Below, in pieces: positions 41,439 through 50,728 of a stretch of 64,000 nucleotides of DNA. The stretch is from Candidatus Krumholzibacteriales bacterium (GTDB lineage: Bacteria; Krumholzibacteriota; Krumholzibacteriia; Krumholzibacteriales; WJIX01), in assembly GCA_046483305.1 (NCBI GenBank), contig JAWODM010000024.1:25714-89713 (forward strand). Direction: 5' to 3'. The translations under genes were made by a program, and so were the position numbers. The notes below the pieces were generated by a model. It worked only from the letters and a program-made list of their open reading frames with translations. It made no database searches and had not been told where the DNA came from. Numbering within the stretch: the first letter of the stretch is position 1; each line of letters opens with the position of its first letter.

Positions 41439-42100
41439 GCGGGATGAAAGAGAAATATTTTGACGATCAGAACATAGACTTCTGCGCGGGAAGCATGATC
41501 GAAGAGCTGGAGCAGCTGAGATTGTTGCGGGATGTTAATTTACAATCAGCGAACACCGCGCTGATTATTATTGATATGCAGGATTACTTTCTCGACGAGG
41601 GTTCGCACGCGTTTATTCCGTCGGCCGCGGCTATTAAGGGCCGGCTGGCCAGGCTGGCGGATCTGTTCCGGAGGAAAGGGCTTCCCGTGGTGCTTACCCG
41701 GCATATCAATAATCCGGGAGAGGAGGGGATGATGGGAAGCTGGTGGGGAGAACTGTTGACCGGGGAGAATCCGCTGAGCGGTATCTGCAGGGATCTGCGG
41801 GGGAAGGGGAAAGTGATAGAAAAGAGCGGGTATGACGCTTTTTATCAAACCGGCCTGGAAGGATTTCTGAGGGAAAGGGGGGTCACCCGGGTAGTGGTAA
41901 GCGGGGTCATGACCCATATATGCTGCGCGGCTACTGCGACCTCCGCTTTCGTACGGGGATTTGAAGTTATTATCCCGGTCGACGGAACGGCAACCTATAA
42001 CCGGTTGTTCCATGAGGCGGCTCTTCTAAACCTGGCCCATTCCTGCGCCGCTGCGGTTACCATGGAGAATCTTACGGCAAGAATGCGGGATGTGCAATAA
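41435..42100 (+). CDS. Isochorismatase-family cysteine hydrolase
   Basis: ALIIIDMQ.YF, IEK..YDAF..T.LE..LR, GVMTHICC..TA..AF.RG. Confidence 0.9.
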   Translation: MSGMKEKYFDDQNIDFCAGSMIEELEQLRLLRDVNLQSANTALIIIDMQDYFLDEGSHAFIPSAAAIKGRLARLADLFRRKGLPVVLTRHINNPGEEGMMGSWWGELLTGENPLSGICRDLRGKGKVIEKSGYDAFYQTGLEGFLRERGVTRVVVSGVMTHICCAATATSAFVRGFEVIIPVDGTATYNRLFHEAALLNLAHSCAAAVTMENLTARMRDVQ

Positions 42101-43007
42101 TATGATCAGGGAAGAGGAAATAGCAATAATAGGAGCCGGCCCGGCGGGAGCCGCCGCTGCCGTCCAGTTGCGGCGGATGGGCCGCGATCCCCTGGTTTTC
42201 GAAAAGGGCCGGCCGGGAGGACTGCTCCGAAGCGCGAATCTGGTGGAAAACTATCCCGGATTCCCGGCTGGGATCGAGGGAAGAGAGCTGGCGGAGCTGA
42301 TAGGGAAACATATGGAGCGTTTCCGGGTCAGGTTATTACGGGAGGAAGTTATAAGCATGGATTACCGCGGCGGCCGGTTCGTGCTGAAATCATACTCGGG
42401 TATCCGCAGAGCGGGAGCTGTGATCCTGGCGGCGGGAACCGTCCCCGCAAAAGACCACGGCATAGAGGTTTGCGGGGAGGCGGCGGCGCTTGCCTTCTAT
42501 AATCCTGATAGTATCAGGGAAGGGTCGGATACCGTTATTATCGGAGCCGGGGACGCGGCTTTTGACTACGCTCTTAATCTGGCTCCCCGCGGCCGGGTCC
42601 TTATACTGGGACGGAGTAAAACCCCGAGGGCTCTGAGGGTTCTGGTTGAGCGGGCTGAGGAGAATGAGAGTATACATTACTTCAGCAATGTCGAGGTTTC
42701 TGGTATTGAAGAAGAAGAGGGGGAGTTGATTCTGCGGCTGAAAGATCCTTCTGGAGTGAAGTTCCCCGAACCATTTGACGCCGGCATCCCGGGGGCGGTG
42801 AGGGCGGGCAACGCGCTGTTTGCCACAGGCCGCTGTCCGGCCACGGGATTTATGTCCGGCAGATTGATTGAATTGAGCAAAAACCTTGAGAAGGAAGGAA
42901 AACTGTTTTTCGCCGGGGACGTCAGGGGCGGGAGCTGCCGTCAGGCTGCTGTGGCGGCGGGAGATGGTTTGAGAGCCGCAATGATAACAGGGAAAGGCGG
43001 CAGATGA
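42090..43007 (+). CDS. FAD/NAD(P)-dependent oxidoreductase, thioredoxin-reductase-like, no CxxC
   Basis: IIGAGPAG, GG.L.....VENYPGFP.GI.G.EL, IIGAGDAAFD.A, AGDV....RQA.VA.GDG. Confidence 0.82.
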   Translation: MCNNMIREEEIAIIGAGPAGAAAAVQLRRMGRDPLVFEKGRPGGLLRSANLVENYPGFPAGIEGRELAELIGKHMERFRVRLLREEVISMDYRGGRFVLKSYSGIRRAGAVILAAGTVPAKDHGIEVCGEAAALAFYNPDSIREGSDTVIIGAGDAAFDYALNLAPRGRVLILGRSKTPRALRVLVERAEENESIHYFSNVEVSGIEEEEGELILRLKDPSGVKFPEPFDAGIPGAVRAGNALFATGRCPATGFMSGRLIELSKNLEKEGKLFFAGDVRGGSCRQAAVAAGDGLRAAMITGKGGR

Positions 43008-43010
43008 AAT

Positions 43011-43934
43011 ATGAAAGTAATCAGCAGGGCCGGGAAAGATGACCTGGCAACGGTTTACATAGCTGAAACAGCCGGCGGAAAGCGGGTTGAATTTGTCGAA
43101 TCCCTTCAGCCTCCTCTGCCCCGGGAGGAGAAATGGGTGGTAATAATTTCTACCCTGTTCGGGTGCCCCTGCGGATGCCTGTTCTGCGACGCGGGCAGGA
43201 ATTACAGAGGCAGGCTTTCCTCCGGGCAGCTTCTGTTTCAGATAGATTATCTGGTTAAAAAACGGCACCCCGATCTTTGCATACCTTCCAGAAAGTTCAA
43301 GGTGCAGTTTGCCAGGATGGGAGAACCGGCATTGAACCGGTCGGTGCTGGATGTCCTGAAGGCCCTTCCTTCCAGATACCGGGCGCCGGGGCTTATGCCC
43401 GCCCTTTCGACCATCGCTCCGGCGGGCAGAGAGTCATTTTTCGAGGAGCTATACTCGATCAAGGAGCATCATTACAGGGGCAAGTTCCAGCTTCAGTTCT
43501 CCGTTCATTCAACTGACGAATCCGCAAGGGACAGGCTGATCCCGGCCGGCAAATGGAACCTGGAAGAGATATCCAGGTACGGTGAATTCTTTCACCGGAA
43601 AGGAGACAGAAAGGTAACTCTGAATTTCGCCCTTGCCGCGGGGTCTGAGGTGGACATTGCTGTGATCAGGAAACTGTTCGACCCGGAGAAATTCCTGGTC
43701 AAGGTTACACCGGTCAACCCGACAAGGAAAGCGGCCGAAAACGGGGTAGAATCGATGGTCCGGCCCGGAGAGGAATGCCAGGCAATCAACCGGCTGAGGG
43801 CTGCGGGATTCGACGCGATTCTCAGCATCGGGGAACTTGAGGAGAACGCTATCGGGAGCAACTGCGGCCAGTTCGTCGGGTCCGGACCGACGCCGGCGAA
43901 CAGGAGTTATTCGTACCGGCAGGTTCCACTGTAA
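43011..43934 (+). CDS. RlmN/Cfr-like radical SAM protein (short form)
   Basis: ST..GCPCGCLFCDAG (CxxxCxxC), RMGEP..N, LQFSVHS.....RD.LIP, C-terminal NCGQ. Confidence 0.85.
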   Translation: MKVISRAGKDDLATVYIAETAGGKRVEFVESLQPPLPREEKWVVIISTLFGCPCGCLFCDAGRNYRGRLSSGQLLFQIDYLVKKRHPDLCIPSRKFKVQFARMGEPALNRSVLDVLKALPSRYRAPGLMPALSTIAPAGRESFFEELYSIKEHHYRGKFQLQFSVHSTDESARDRLIPAGKWNLEEISRYGEFFHRKGDRKVTLNFALAAGSEVDIAVIRKLFDPEKFLVKVTPVNPTRKAAENGVESMVRPGEECQAINRLRAAGFDAILSIGELEENAIGSNCGQFVGSGPTPANRSYSYRQVPL

Positions 43935-43965
43935 GAAAAACCGGGGGCCCGGAGAAGGGCCCCCG
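43933..43965 (-). terminator. Intrinsic terminator between convergent genes
   Basis: CGGGGGCCC-GGAGAA-GGGCCCCCG stem with an A-tract on its left (a U-tract for the minus-strand porin). Confidence 0.7.
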
Positions 43966-43978
43966 CCTGGAAAGCTTT

Positions 43979-45235
43979 CTATTTGATAGCCGCCTTCAGC
44001 GCGAACTGAACGCGGAAGCAGTCGTAATCACCGGGGGTCGATTCAACTCTGCTGTCGATATATGTTCTGGTCAGATACTCCGTCTTGAGGTATGAGAGTT
44101 CCAGCATTCCGGTAACATTGCCGGTTATGCCGTACATGGCGTTTCCGAAAACCAGGGAATTCAGATCGCGGAAGGTTTCGCTCTCCCCCGGACTATGAGT
44201 AATGTCGAATTCGGCCTCATCGGGGTCATCGAAAGAATAGCCGGCGTTAAAGGTGAGCCTGTCGGTCGGCGCGAGCGACACCATTGCCCAGCCACCCACG
44301 GCGGGCAGCGGTTCGCCTATGCCGTCGGTATTCTGAAGCGCCCCGCCCAGGAAGGTGCCGAGAGCTTCGCCCATGAAGAATTCACCCTTCAGCGAGAGGT
44401 ATCTGTTTATCTTCAGGGTAAGATCTCCGTTAACCGACCAGGAATCGATCGATTCCTCGGTGACCGTGGAGGTGGCAAGGGCGGTCCTGTCGAACTTCTC
44501 CTGGCCGTAATGGCCGGAGACTCCTATTGCCAGCATCCCCTCTTCCGAAAATTCCGAAGCGATCCCGATCCTGCCCTGGACCGCGGGCAGGGCGGCGTCG
44601 GCGCCGTTGTCCACTCCGTCGCCGGGAGCCGTCCAGGTAGTGTCGTTGCGGGTTAATGTGGTGTAATCTTCTCCCATATTCCTGGTAACGGCAACGTCCA
44701 GGGTGAATTTCGCCCGGTCTCCTATTCCGCTCCAGGTAGAGAACCTGACCTGCGGCCTCCTGTACCCGATGTTGCCTTCGCCCCAGGCAACGCTGTAATT
44801 AACTGTTTTTGGAACCAGAGGAGAGATCACATCCCAGGTCTGCCCCGCCAGGAGGGACCATTTCTTCCCGGTCATTCTGAGGTAGGCGTGCCGGAGCATC
44901 GGGGTAGCCTTGTTTTCCGCGTCCGCGCCCCCGCCGTAGAAATCGAACTCCAGGGTGGCCTGGGTCTTCAGGCATTCCTGGTTCCAGTAGAAATCGATCC
45001 CCAGCCTGCTCTCTCTGGTGGTGAAGTACATGGCGTTGTCAGCTTCGCCGTATCTGGGCACATACAGGTGGAAATTCCCCGGGTATATCCGGGCGTTGTC
45101 ATAACTGACATCGGTTTTGAAGAAACCGTGAAATTCGAAATCGTACTTTTTGCCCTCTCCGCCCCGAACCTGAGGGGAAAGAAGCAGAACGGCAACAGCG
45201 GCTGCGAGCACCGAGGAAAGTATTATCCTCCTCAT
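43979..45235 (-). CDS. Outer-membrane porin (DcaP-like beta-barrel)
   Basis: Signal peptide; HGFFKTD..YD, RESRLG, EFDFYG, LRHAY, AGQTW, R.PQVR motifs. Confidence 0.75.
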   Translation of the reverse strand: MRRIILSSVLAAAVAVLLLSPQVRGGEGKKYDFEFHGFFKTDVSYDNARIYPGNFHLYVPRYGEADNAMYFTTRESRLGIDFYWNQECLKTQATLEFDFYGGGADAENKATPMLRHAYLRMTGKKWSLLAGQTWDVISPLVPKTVNYSVAWGEGNIGYRRPQVRFSTWSGIGDRAKFTLDVAVTRNMGEDYTTLTRNDTTWTAPGDGVDNGADAALPAVQGRIGIASEFSEEGMLAIGVSGHYGQEKFDRTALATSTVTEESIDSWSVNGDLTLKINRYLSLKGEFFMGEALGTFLGGALQNTDGIGEPLPAVGGWAMVSLAPTDRLTFNAGYSFDDPDEAEFDITHSPGESETFRDLNSLVFGNAMYGITGNVTGMLELSYLKTEYLTRTYIDSRVESTPGDYDCFRVQFALKAAIK

Positions 45236-45361
45236 CGAGTTCTCCTTTCGCCTGTGCAGCTTTCAAACCATTCCCTGCCGGTTCTGCAGGATCAAGTCAG
45301 CTGCGCTGAAATAATTCCCGGGGCGGGGGAATCGCCCCTTAACCTTGACTTACTTTCCTGT

Positions 45362-45390
45362 TTATTAGGAAATCAGCAGGTTTCTGTCAA
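45362..45390 (-). promoter_or_regulatory. Sigma70-type promoter of the porin gene
   Basis: TTGACA-N17-TAATAA on the minus strand. Confidence 0.45.
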
Positions 45391-45420
45391 TCTTTATTTC
45401 AAAATCCGATGGGTTGGCTG

Positions 45421-46320
45421 TTATCCGTAACGGACCATTTTCTCAATGGCGCCTCTGGCGGCGGAGGCTGTCTCCTCCGGCACGGTTATGACCGGGGTAA
45501 GGGCCTGGACCGAGCGGTGGAGCTTTTCCAGGGAGATCTTCTTCATGTTCTTGCAGACGGCCTCTTCGGAGGCGGGGATGAAATTCCTGGAGGGGTATAT
45601 CGTTTTCAGGCGGTATACCATATCCTTTTCCGTCCCGATTATGAAGGTGCCGGCATCGCTTTCCCCCGCTCTTCTTATCATCCCTCCTGTTCCCAGGGTG
45701 TAGTCCGCGATTCTTTCTATTTCCGGCGGGACCTCCGGATGAACCAGGACCTCCGCGCCGGGGTGTTCTTCCCTCAGGGATTGTATCCGCGCGGCCGAAA
45801 ATTTCTGATGGACCGGGCAGAACCCTTCCCAGAGAATCAGCTCTCTGCCGGCCTGCTCGCCCACCCAGCGGCCCAGGTTCTTGTCAGGCCCGAATATTAT
45901 CTCTTCCCCGGAGGGAACCGACTCCACTATCCTGAGCGCGTTCGAGGATGTGCAGCATATGTCACTGGCCGCTTTCACCTCAGCGGTCGAATTAACATAG
46001 GTGATAACTGTCGCTCCCGGATGTTTCTCCTTCAGCTTCTTCAGCGACTCCGCGGAGATCATGTCGGACAGCGGGCAGCCTGCTTCCGGTTCGGGAAGGA
46101 TTACCTTCTTCTCCGGGGCCAGGATCGCCGCTGTCTCAGCCATGAAGAAGACTCCGCAGAAGACTATGATGTCCTGTTCGATTTCCCGGGCCAGCCTGCT
46201 CAGGGCGAGGGAATCGCCCAGGTGGTCGGCCAGGTCCTGAATGGCAGGCGGCTGGTAATTATGAGCGAGTATCGCCAGGTTCTTTTCCTTCTTGAGAGCG
46301 AGAATGCTTTCTGAGAGCAT
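45421..46320 (-). CDS. nadA: Quinolinate synthase
   Basis: ILAHNYQ, GDSL.LS, FCGV.FMAETA, AGC.L.D, YVNS.AEVKA.SD.CCTSSNA, G.C.VH, HPE, C..MK. Confidence 0.96.
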   Translation of the reverse strand: MLSESILALKKEKNLAILAHNYQPPAIQDLADHLGDSLALSRLAREIEQDIIVFCGVFFMAETAAILAPEKKVILPEPEAGCPLSDMISAESLKKLKEKHPGATVITYVNSTAEVKAASDICCTSSNALRIVESVPSGEEIIFGPDKNLGRWVGEQAGRELILWEGFCPVHQKFSAARIQSLREEHPGAEVLVHPEVPPEIERIADYTLGTGGMIRRAGESDAGTFIIGTEKDMVYRLKTIYPSRNFIPASEEAVCKNMKKISLEKLHRSVQALTPVITVPEETASAARGAIEKMVRYG

Positions 46321-46601
46321 GAATACCTCCTGAACGGGACCGGGCAGCGGCTGCGGCGCGCCTGGCGAGGAATCAGAAATAACAGTGGTTGCTTGCCATT
46401 ATCTTTGTTATTATATATAGATTGACATTGAGGGCAAAATAGTTTTATGGAATTATTCAGCCGTTGATGAATATAACCTGATATGTGTGGAGCGTGATTT
46501 GAGGGCCGGGATGCGACAGATTGAATTGAAACGTATAACCGTGCAGCTTCGATTTCCGGTCAACGGGAATAGGAAGCGCTGACCAGAAAAGGGAGGATGG
46601 T

Positions 46602-47648
46602 TTGGAAAGAACGTTCAAGATTACCGTTTCAGCGATGGTTGTCCTTCTGCTGCTGACCTCGTTTGCGGCTTTCTGCGAGGAAAAGGACAAACTCAAACCC
46701 AGCCTCTATTTGAAAGAGAATAAGGTTAACCTGGGTGCCATATATGAAGGAGCAGACGTAACCCACGAGTTCGTGATTGAAAACAGGGGACAGGGAGAAC
46801 TGAATATTCTCAGAGTAAAGGCTCCCTGAGGATGCCAGGCGGCCGAATATGATAAGGTCATCCCTCCCGGGCAGGAGGGAATAATAAAGACAACAGTAAA
46901 AACAGCGCATCTTCAGGAAGGTCATTTCAGCAAGAGCTTCTCGATAGTGACCAACGATACCGAGAACGAAAAGGTCACGCTGAGTGTCAGCGGCGACGTA
47001 AAAGAGGTCTTCGGCCTGTCCAACTCTCTTCATATATCCGGTTTCCTGAAAGAGCCGATCAGCAAGAAGATACAGCTCAGCAACAAACTGGATACTCCCA
47101 TACATATTACAGGCATGGAGTGGAGAGAAGATTCCGACAGTATGCTGAATAAACGGCTGATGGTTAACGTCGAGCCGGTCGAGGAAGGGCAGACCTATTC
47201 GGTAACCGTAAAAGGGAAAGAAGAGTTCGACACCGGGCATTATTTCGGGAACCTGATTCTGAAGACAGATTTCGAGCCGGTCCCCGAGAAGGTCCTGAGG
47301 GTCAGAGTGCTGATTAATGCCGATATCGAAACCTACCCGAAGAGAGTGCTTCTTCCCGATATGCTGGTGCCCGAGGGGACCAGCCGGAGCTTCAACAAGG
47401 TTATCACCATACTTGCCAAGAGAGGCGATTCCCTGGTGGTAAGGGACGCTGTCCCCAGCAGGTCTGACATAGCCGTGAATCTCAGGGAAGTCAGAGAGGG
47501 GAAAGCCTACCGCTGCAAGCTTACTATCAGGCCTGAGACCAGGGACGCTGAATACAGAGCCAAGATTACCTTTATCACCAACTACGAGAATTATGAGGAA
47601 GTTGAAGTAGAAATACTGGGAAGAGTGAAAGTGGTAAAGAATGAATAG
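46602..47648 (+). CDS. DUF1573-like exported Ig-fold protein with an in-frame UGA (probable selenocysteine, U-G-C motif), 348 aa when read through
   Basis: ORFs 46602-46829 and 46947-47648 share a frame; TGA 46827-46829 sits in VKAP*GCQ, where the family has a CGC motif, and is followed by IPPG..G and VTND. Confidence 0.78.
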
Positions 47649-47700
47649 GTGACGGAGCCGGCAGAATTATAAATCATGATAAGTTAACAGCGGCGATCAT

Positions 47701-47722
47701 GGCGGGGATCGATATCCCCGCC
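47701..47722. repeat. Intergenic hairpin
   Basis: GGCGGGGAT-CGAT-ATCCCCGCC, no U-tract. Confidence 0.6.
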
Positions 47723-47759
47723 GGCGCCGTAATTAGAGTACGAAAAAGGAAGCAGTGAT

Positions 47760-48713
47760 ATGTTATACGAAGGAATACGGAAAAGCGCGCTTTCCATCTT
47801 TATCCTGGTCGCCCTGGCGGCCTTTGCGGCCGCCGGAGCCTCTGCTCAGAGCAATGGCCGGGAGGCCACCGAGGCGGAAAGGGAACTGGGTGAAATCATC
47901 TCCCGGCTGAAGGTCAAAATGCAGACCGAACCCCCGCAGGAAGTAGTCAGGATGGCCGAAGACCAGCTGACAGGTTTCATCAGAAAATACAAGGGGCAGG
48001 ACGAGGAGGCCCAGGCCAGAATCACCCTGGGCCAGGTTTATACCGCCATGGGCCATAACGAGAAGGCGATAGATCAGTATGAACTCGCTCTGGAAGCTGC
48101 CGGGTCGATGGACGCCCGGACCAGAGCCCTGCTGATGTTTTACCTCGCTTCCAGCTACGTGCAGAACGAGAAATTTGATAAAGCCGAACAGTTGTACGGC
48201 AGAATATTGAAGGAGACACCTTCTGAAAACAGCAAGATCAGGCAGGCGGTTCAGCAGGAGATGAAAAGCCTGGAAACAAAGAAGAAGCTGACTTCCGGCT
48301 GCCAGGCGATACCGTTTCCGGAAAGCGTCAGGAACCTTTCCGGAGATAAAATAGCGATCAGGAATTACCGGGGAAAGGTTATCCTGCTGGATTTCTGGGC
48401 AACCTGGTGCAAGCCGTGCCTGGATGAGATGCCCAACGTAAAAGAGCTGTATGAAGAATACCATGACGACGGATTCGAGATAATAGGGGTCTCTCTGGAC
48501 AGGTCAAAGGAGAATCTGGTCTCTTACGTTGAGGAGAACGGTATCGGATGGCCTCAGATATACGACGGCCAGGGCGGCAGAATAGCCACTTCTTACGCGG
48601 TCAGCGCTATCCCTTCAACCTTCCTGCTGGACAGGGAGGGCAGAATAGTCGACAGGAACCTCAGGGGCAAAGCCCTGGAAGAGGCGGTAGAAAGACTTCT
48701 CAAAAAAGATTAA
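47760..48713 (+). CDS. Exported TPR + TlpA-family thiol-disulfide oxidoreductase
   Basis: Signal peptide, TPR helices, GKV.LLDFWATWCKPC..E.P, IIGVSLD, IPSTFLLD..G. Confidence 0.9.
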   Translation: MLYEGIRKSALSIFILVALAAFAAAGASAQSNGREATEAERELGEIISRLKVKMQTEPPQEVVRMAEDQLTGFIRKYKGQDEEAQARITLGQVYTAMGHNEKAIDQYELALEAAGSMDARTRALLMFYLASSYVQNEKFDKAEQLYGRILKETPSENSKIRQAVQQEMKSLETKKKLTSGCQAIPFPESVRNLSGDKIAIRNYRGKVILLDFWATWCKPCLDEMPNVKELYEEYHDDGFEIIGVSLDRSKENLVSYVEENGIGWPQIYDGQGGRIATSYAVSAIPSTFLLDREGRIVDRNLRGKALEEAVERLLKKD

Positions 48714-48803
48714 AATATTTCTTGACATATAGGGTGATCTCTGAGAAGTTACTGATTGTTTAATTAAACTGGCAACCCTTATTTCAGATAGATTACGGAT
48801 CAT

Positions 48804-49856
48804 ATGAAGTTTATCGACTCGACAAATTTCGTGAAGCTTATCAAGAAGCTCACAGCAGAGGGAGAACTTTTCTTTCCTTACCGGGACGAGGAGACGGGGC
48901 AGTTCCATCTGAAGAAGGCCTCCGGATTCCCTCTGGAAGAAGAATTCGAACTGGGCGGATACAGGGCGGTGGAGCCGTCCAAGGGAGTGGCCCAGCACGC
49001 CAGAGTGACAGTAGCCGAATATCCTTCGGATAACCCCGACGAAATGACCAACTCGGACAACATCATACCCAGCGTGGTGCTGGGGGCCAAGGGGTGCGAT
49101 GTAAATGCGATGTCCCTGGTAGACAGAGTGCAGATAGAGGGGGAGTTCACCGCCCCTCTGTACAAGATAAGGCGTGACAAGATGTTTGTGGTTGCCGCCG
49201 ACTGCGATGACTGCAGGGAGACATGCTTCTGTGCCCTCCTCGGGAATAATCCCTGGCCGGAGAGCGGCTACGACCTCGCTGTTTCGAAAATCAGCGGGGG
49301 GTACCTTATAGAGGCCGGGTCCGAGCGCGGCGAGAAGGTTCTGGCGGAAAACGAGAAGCTGACCTCTGAAGCGAGAGAACAGCAGGTAAAGGCCAGGGAC
49401 GAAAAGAGGCAGAAGGTTCTGGCCGATTTGAAGAAGAACAACAGCCAGTTCCCCGATCTTACCGGCATGCCGGAAAAACTCAGGGAAGCGATCAGCGATG
49501 AAATATGGAAAGAGCTGGCCAAAGACTGCGTCGAATGCGGAGCCTGCACCAATATATGCCCCACCTGTTACTGCTTCCTGCTGTATGACCGCAAAACTGA
49601 CGGAGAGCACTTCAGGAGGATTTCCAACTGGGATTCCTGTCAGCTGACCGGTTACGCCAGGATGGCGGGAATGCTCAATCCCAGAGCCGGCCTGGCTGAC
49701 AGAGTCAAGCACCGTTTCTACCATAAGTACGATTATCTTGTTTCCAGCCATGAAGATATTTTCTGCACGGGATGCGGCAGGTGCATAGATGCCTGCTCCG
49801 CCAGTATCGATATACGCGACGTTCTAGCCAGAGTAGCGGAGAAAGTGAGCGGATAA
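48804..49856 (+). CDS. AsrA / sulfhydrogenase-beta-like 4Fe-4S protein
   Basis: G...CD, C....CFC, CVECGACTNICPTCYCF, WDSC, CTGCGRCIDAC. Confidence 0.88.
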   Translation: MKFIDSTNFVKLIKKLTAEGELFFPYRDEETGQFHLKKASGFPLEEEFELGGYRAVEPSKGVAQHARVTVAEYPSDNPDEMTNSDNIIPSVVLGAKGCDVNAMSLVDRVQIEGEFTAPLYKIRRDKMFVVAADCDDCRETCFCALLGNNPWPESGYDLAVSKISGGYLIEAGSERGEKVLAENEKLTSEAREQQVKARDEKRQKVLADLKKNNSQFPDLTGMPEKLREAISDEIWKELAKDCVECGACTNICPTCYCFLLYDRKTDGEHFRRISNWDSCQLTGYARMAGMLNPRAGLADRVKHRFYHKYDYLVSSHEDIFCTGCGRCIDACSASIDIRDVLARVAEKVSG

Positions 49857-49859
49857 AGT

Positions 49860-50678
49860 ATGGAGAATCCGTATTATCCCATAGATACAGTGGTAGAGGA
49901 TATAATCACCGAAACCCCTACCATCAAGACTTTCTGCCTGAAACCGGCCAGTCCCATTGAATTCAAGGCGGGCCAGTTCATGCAGCTGACCATGCCCGGC
50001 ATAGGAGAAGCCCCTTTCACTCCCAGTTCCGACCCGAATATTTCGGAAAAAATGGAAATCACTATTCTTAAGACCGGAAAAGTCACCGATGCTCTCCACG
50101 AGCTGAAGCCGGGAGCCAGAGTCGGGCTGAGAGGCCCTTTCGGCAAAGGTTACCCGATGGACAAGCTGAAGGGGAAGGAAGTACTGGTAGTGGGAGGCGG
50201 AGTGGGGCTGGCTCCCCTCAGAGCGCTGATTTACGCTCTGCTGGACGACCCCTCCAGGTATAAGAAAATATCCATTAAATACGGGGCGCGGATGCCGGAA
50301 GAGCTCTGTTTCAGAAGGCAGTACGACGATTGGAAGAACCGTGCGGAAAACGTCTCATTCAAAGCGACTATCGATGTGCCGGCTGAAGGGTGGAAAGGCC
50401 ATGTAGGCTTGGTTACAACCCTTCTCGACGACCTGGACATTAATATCCGGGACAGTTACGCAGTTTCATGCGGGCCGCAGATAATGTTGAAGTTCGTCAC
50501 GCTGAAACTGCTGGAAGTGGGCTACAAGCCGCCGCAGATATATCTTTCCATGAACAGGAAGATGTCATGCGGTATGGGTAAATGCGGAAGATGCAATGTC
50601 GGCCAGTATTACCTCTGCGTGGACGGGCCCGATATGTGTTACGACAAGATAAAGCATGTGCCGAACGTTTTCGGTTAG
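49860..50678 (+). CDS. AsrB / sulfhydrogenase-gamma-like FAD/NAD(P)-binding 2Fe-2S protein
   Basis: GQF.......GEAP, G.RGPFG, GGG.GLAPLR, CGP..M, MSCGMGKCGRC......C.DGP. Confidence 0.9.
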   Translation: MENPYYPIDTVVEDIITETPTIKTFCLKPASPIEFKAGQFMQLTMPGIGEAPFTPSSDPNISEKMEITILKTGKVTDALHELKPGARVGLRGPFGKGYPMDKLKGKEVLVVGGGVGLAPLRALIYALLDDPSRYKKISIKYGARMPEELCFRRQYDDWKNRAENVSFKATIDVPAEGWKGHVGLVTTLLDDLDINIRDSYAVSCGPQIMLKFVTLKLLEVGYKPPQIYLSMNRKMSCGMGKCGRCNVGQYYLCVDGPDMCYDKIKHVPNVFG

Positions 50679-50728
50679 GCATTAATAGTTCGTATTTGTT
50701 CTGTTAGTATCTGAGAGAAGAGAGATAA

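Noticed and set aside
45236..45361. Cobalamin riboswitch (AGGTT...GGGAA fragments, B12 genes nearby)
   Set aside because: The conserved GCCCCCGCAACTGT core and B12-box are absent.
48804..50678. Anaerobic sulfite reductase (asrAB) call
   Set aside because: There is no siroheme AsrC gene in the locus; the pair is better read as an electron-transfer/diaphorase module.
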